A DNA stretch of 64,000 bases from an uncultured Maribacter sp. (GTDB lineage: Bacteria > Bacteroidota > Bacteroidia > Flavobacteriales > Flavobacteriaceae). A program made the position numbers and the translations under genes. Of the stretch, positions 60,308 to 64,000 are shown one piece after another. Position 1 is the stretch's first letter. Every line of letters starts with the position of its first letter. Under the pieces are notes generated by a model that was not told the DNA's origin, did not search any database, and saw only the letters and a list, made by a program, of their open reading frames with translations. The stretch is taken from contig CAYGUY010000012.1 of the NCBI GenBank assembly GCA_964353165.1, forward strand, positions 453 through 64,452. Direction: 5' to 3'.

Positions 60308-60439
60308 ATGGAAACATTAATTTTAATCCTTCTTTTTGTAACGTTCGCACTGTTATTATACAGTATCAAGGAGTATGTTAAGACCAAAAGGAAATACAAT
60401 GCCTTTATGAAGGAAAAAGATGAACGAGAGACTTCCTAA
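60308..60439 (+). CDS. Putative 43-aa single-pass membrane microprotein
   Basis: METLILILLFVTFALLLYSIKEYVKTKRKYNAFMKEKDERETS*: A-rich leader, hydrophobic N-terminus, basic tail. Below the length cut-off of the ORF track. Confidence 0.5.
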   Translation: METLILILLFVTFALLLYSIKEYVKTKRKYNAFMKEKDERETS

Positions 60440-60505
60440 AATTCATTGTTATTAAATCTCGTGATTTTCCTTACTTTTAGGGGGACTAATTAATCCACTT
60501 AAAAA

Positions 60506-63500
60506 ATGAAGAAAATCTACACCCAACTAGGTCTGGTTATCTTGGCCTTATTGTTTGTTCCTATTACGGCAAACTCGCAAAGAAGAAAAAAAGTAACTCC
60601 GGTAAAAACAGCATTTCCCGAAGAACTCTATTCCAGCATGGAGTACCGTTCTATTGGGCCGCATCGTGGTGGTAGATCTGCTGCTGTAACCGGCGTTCCT
60701 GGCGAACCCAATCTGTTTTATTTTGGTGCCGCAGGTGGTGGTGTTTGGAAAACATTGGATGGTGGCCGTACTTGGGAAAATATTTCCGATGGTTACTTTG
60801 GCGGCAGTATTGGTGCTGTTGAGGTGGCGAAAAGTGATCCTAACGTAATTTATGTTGGAGGTGGCGAAAAGACACTTCGTGGTAATGTGTCTTCAGGATA
60901 TGGTATCTGGAAAACGGAGAATGGAGGAAAAACATGGTCATCAGCAGGACTAAAAAATAGTCGTCATGTACCACGAATTCGCATTCACCCTACCAATGCC
61001 GATATTGTATATGCTGCCGTACTCGGTAATATATACAAACCTACCGAAGACCGTGGTATCTATAAAAGTACTGATGGCGGTAAAACATGGGAAAAGAAAT
61101 TGTTCGTCAATGACCAATCTGGTTTTGTAGACCTTACATTAGACCCTAATAATCCACGTATTTTATACGCTTCTTCATGGCGTGCACAACGTACGCCATA
61201 TAGCTTGAGCAGTGGTGGCGATGGTTCCGGGCTATGGAAGAGTACGGATAGTGGCGAAACGTGGACGGAGATTTCTAAGAATAAAGGGTTTCCTACGGAT
61301 ACCTTAGGTATAATAGGCGTCACGGTTTCTCCAAAAAATTCCGAACGTGTTTGGGCTTTGGTAGAAAACAAAGAAAAAGGCGGATTGTACCGTTCTGAAA
61401 ATGGAGGTAAGGAATGGACACAGGTCAACAGCGAGCGGAAATTACGCCAAAGGGCTTGGTATTATACGAGATTGTATGCAGATACTGAAGATGAGAACAC
61501 GGTGTATGTAATGAACGTACGCTACCACCGTTCTACCGATGGTGGAAAGACGTTTAATACCTTCAATGCACCACATGGCGACCACCACGATTTGTGGATT
61601 GCACCTGAGGATTCCAAACGTATGATTATTGGCGACGATGGTGGCGCCCAGATTTCCTATGACGCTGGAGAGACTTGGAGTACGTATCACAATCAACCTA
61701 CCGCTCAATATTATCGGGTTACCACGGATAATTCCCACCCCTACCGTATTTATGTAGCGCAACAAGACAATTCAACCTTGCGTGTAAACCACAGAAGCGA
61801 CGGAAGCAGCATTAGTGAGGACGATTGGGAGGAAACTGCAGGTGGTGAATCAGCTCATATTGCAGTAGATCCCTTAAACAATGATATCGTTTATGGGGGT
61901 TCTTATGGTGGGTTTCTTACGCGTGTAAATCACGAAACAGGAACTGTTAGAGGTGTAAACGTTTGGCCGGATAACCCTATGGGATATGGTGCAGAGGGAA
62001 TGAAATATCGTTTTCAATGGAACTTCCCAATCATGTTCAGCAAGCACGACCCAAAGAAATTGTACACGTTTTCTCAGCATGTGCATATGAGTACCAACGA
62101 AGGACAAAGTTGGGATTTGCTTTCTGACGATTTAACACGCAACGATCCTACTAAATTAGTTTCTAGTGGTGGCCCTATAACTCAAGACAATACTGGTGTA
62201 GAGTATTACTGTACCATATTTGCAGCCAACGAGAGTCCTTTAAAAGAAGGCTTGTTATGGGTAGGAAGTGATGACGGATTGATTCATGTGTCCAAAGACG
62301 GAGGTGCCAATTGGGAAAATGTTACTCCTTCCGGGATGCCGGAATGGAACATGATCAACAGTATAGAACCCTCCGCTTTCGATGAAGGAACGTGTTACGT
62401 AGCAGCAACCAAATATAAGTTGGGAGATTTTGCTCCCTACTTATATAAAACCACCGATTATGGAAAGACATGGTCAAAAATAACGAACGGTATTCCTGAA
62501 GAGCACTTTACAAGGGTAGTGCGCGAAGACCCAAAAAGAAAGGGTCTGCTATACGCGGGTACGGAAACCGGAATGTATATTTCATTTGATGATGGTGCTA
62601 ATTGGAGTCCGTTTCAAATGAACCTTCCCATTGTTCCAATTACCGACTTGGCAATCAAGGACAACAACCTTATTGTGGCTACCCAAGGAAGGAGCTTATG
62701 GATTCTAGATGACCTTACCGTCCTTCATCAATTAGATGAAGCAAAGAAAAATATGGCGTCTATTTTGTACCAGCCAAAGGATAGCTATCGTACGCAAGGC
62801 CGTGCAAGTAGTGAACCTTCAAAAACAGAAGGTATGAATCATCCAAACGGGGTTATCTCTAATTTCTATCTAAAGGACCTATCAGACAAGGATACTATTG
62901 CGATTACCTATACCACTATGGCTGGAGATACCTTGGCATCTTTTAGCAATACAGCCAAAGAAAAAGATAAAAAACTAAAAGTTGAAAAAGGAGGAAACAC
63001 ACACGTATGGAATACACGTGGTGAAAAAGCCGAAACCTTAGATGGTATGATTTTTTGGGCAGCGGGCTTCAACGGACCAAAAGCCGTACCTGGAAAGTAT
63101 AAAGTACACTTGAACGTAAACGGGGAGAATCAATCTCAGGAGTTCAACATCATCCCAGATCCTAGGGCTGAGGTGTCCATAGCCGATATGCAGAAGCAGC
63201 ATGATTTTATTTCAAGTATCAATGCCACAATTAATAAGGCACACGGATCCATCAAGAAAATAAGAGGCGTAAATGCACAATTAGAGGCTTTTGCAAAGCA
63301 ATACAAGGGCAAGGAACAAACAAAAGCTTTGGTAGAAAAGGCCAATGCAATGAAAGAAGAGTTCAGCAAAATTGAGAAAGCCTTGTACCAAACGCAAAAT
63401 AGAAGCGGTCAAGACCCTTTGAATTTCCCTATTCGGTTGACGAATAAATTGGCGCACTTAAATCGTTTGGTGGGTATAGGCGATTTTCCGCCAACAGATC

Positions 63501-63640
63501 AAGATATAGCGGTTCAAAAAGAACTTACCGGTAAAATCGAAACACAGTTAACAGCATTCGATGCAATGCTGGATAATGAGTTGAAAGAGTTCAATGCTGC
63601 TTTTAACGATATGAAATTGAACTATTTGTTTGTGGAGTAG
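60506..63640 (+). CDS. VPS10/sortilin-like BNR-repeat protein (often annotated as glycosyl hydrolase)
   Basis: Signal peptide; many S/TxDGGxTW Asp-box repeats; HGDHHDLWI; C-terminal helical region. Confidence 0.85.
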   Translation: MKKIYTQLGLVILALLFVPITANSQRRKKVTPVKTAFPEELYSSMEYRSIGPHRGGRSAAVTGVPGEPNLFYFGAAGGGVWKTLDGGRTWENISDGYFGGSIGAVEVAKSDPNVIYVGGGEKTLRGNVSSGYGIWKTENGGKTWSSAGLKNSRHVPRIRIHPTNADIVYAAVLGNIYKPTEDRGIYKSTDGGKTWEKKLFVNDQSGFVDLTLDPNNPRILYASSWRAQRTPYSLSSGGDGSGLWKSTDSGETWTEISKNKGFPTDTLGIIGVTVSPKNSERVWALVENKEKGGLYRSENGGKEWTQVNSERKLRQRAWYYTRLYADTEDENTVYVMNVRYHRSTDGGKTFNTFNAPHGDHHDLWIAPEDSKRMIIGDDGGAQISYDAGETWSTYHNQPTAQYYRVTTDNSHPYRIYVAQQDNSTLRVNHRSDGSSISEDDWEETAGGESAHIAVDPLNNDIVYGGSYGGFLTRVNHETGTVRGVNVWPDNPMGYGAEGMKYRFQWNFPIMFSKHDPKKLYTFSQHVHMSTNEGQSWDLLSDDLTRNDPTKLVSSGGPITQDNTGVEYYCTIFAANESPLKEGLLWVGSDDGLIHVSKDGGANWENVTPSGMPEWNMINSIEPSAFDEGTCYVAATKYKLGDFAPYLYKTTDYGKTWSKITNGIPEEHFTRVVREDPKRKGLLYAGTETGMYISFDDGANWSPFQMNLPIVPITDLAIKDNNLIVATQGRSLWILDDLTVLHQLDEAKKNMASILYQPKDSYRTQGRASSEPSKTEGMNHPNGVISNFYLKDLSDKDTIAITYTTMAGDTLASFSNTAKEKDKKLKVEKGGNTHVWNTRGEKAETLDGMIFWAAGFNGPKAVPGKYKVHLNVNGENQSQEFNIIPDPRAEVSIADMQKQHDFISSINATINKAHGSIKKIRGVNAQLEAFAKQYKGKEQTKALVEKANAMKEEFSKIEKALYQTQNRSGQDPLNFPIRLTNKLAHLNRLVGIGDFPPTDQDIAVQKELTGKIETQLTAFDAMLDNELKEFNAAFNDMKLNYLFVE

Positions 63641-63663
63641 TTCTGCAATGTACATGCTAATTC

Positions 63664-63711
63664 ATAATACCTCCCTCTTTATAAGGAGACAACGAGGGAG
63701 GTGTTATTTTT
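63664..63711 (+). terminator. Probable terminator after the VPS10-like gene
   Basis: ATAATACCTCCCTC...GAGGGAGGTGTTAT followed by a T tract; long loop. Confidence 0.55.
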
Positions 63712-63832
63712 AATTGAAAATTATTTCAATCGCATTTTTGGTTGAAAACTTCAAATCGAGATGACTGGTTTTAATAACCAAGGCTATTTAATTTGAAAAT
63801 AACACAAAACAAACCGACCAAACAGCAACAAA

Positions 63833-64000
63833 ATGAAAGATTGGGATTTTAAGAAAATTATCACGTTTGCGCTTGCAGTGACTTCTGGGTTTATTATCTA
63901 CGATTTACTTTTTAGGGCAGACGTTGAATGGGGTAGGGCAATTTTTGCGGGCGTTTTTGCGGGACTTGCGTTGTGGTTGTATAGCAAATATTCAGTAAAT
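63833..64000 (+). CDS. Small membrane protein (runs off the window end)
   Basis: MKDWDFKKIITFALAVTSGFIIYDLLFRADVEWGRAIFAGVFAGLALWLYSKYSVN..; two hydrophobic segments. Confidence 0.65.
   Translation, partial: MKDWDFKKIITFALAVTSGFIIYDLLFRADVEWGRAIFAGVFAGLALWLYSKYSVN

Overview
64 kb of a Flavobacteriaceae (Bacteroidota; Maribacter/Zobellia/Muricauda-like) chromosome, judged from gene content and recurrent TAnnTTTG -7 promoter boxes. It is mostly housekeeping DNA organised around two iron-cofactor clusters: a SUF Fe-S operon (sufA-sufB-sufC-sufD-sufS-sufE-sufT, 7.9-17.8 kb) and a spread-out haem pathway (hemB, hemF, hemE, fused hemC-hemD, hemA, hemH, 37-58 kb). It also carries xth, brnQ, thiL, hflX, katG, an S8 protease with a T9SS-type tail, two-component genes, an ABC ATPase plus permease-M1 aminopeptidase fusion, an M16 protease, MscS, MATE and a VPS10-like protein. 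I saw no rRNA, tRNA, CRISPR array, integrase or transposase. The most unusual signal is in the suf operon. A promoter-bearing 51-codon copy of the sufS 5' end (14006-14161) and the intact sufS (15795) bracket an AT-rich outer-membrane gene. The two copies share a 92-bp perfectly identical core but differ on both sides, mostly at synonymous positions, which suggests capture of a cargo cassette through a foreign sufS allele. Most other suf junctions also carry either an accessory gene (AHL-lactonase-like lipoprotein, porin) or a REP-like repeat, so the operon looks like a recurrent landing pad. A shared TATTTAGA-N5-TCTAAATA palindrome may link the suf and hemA/araC promoters. All family assignments come from motif recognition by eye; no database searches were run.
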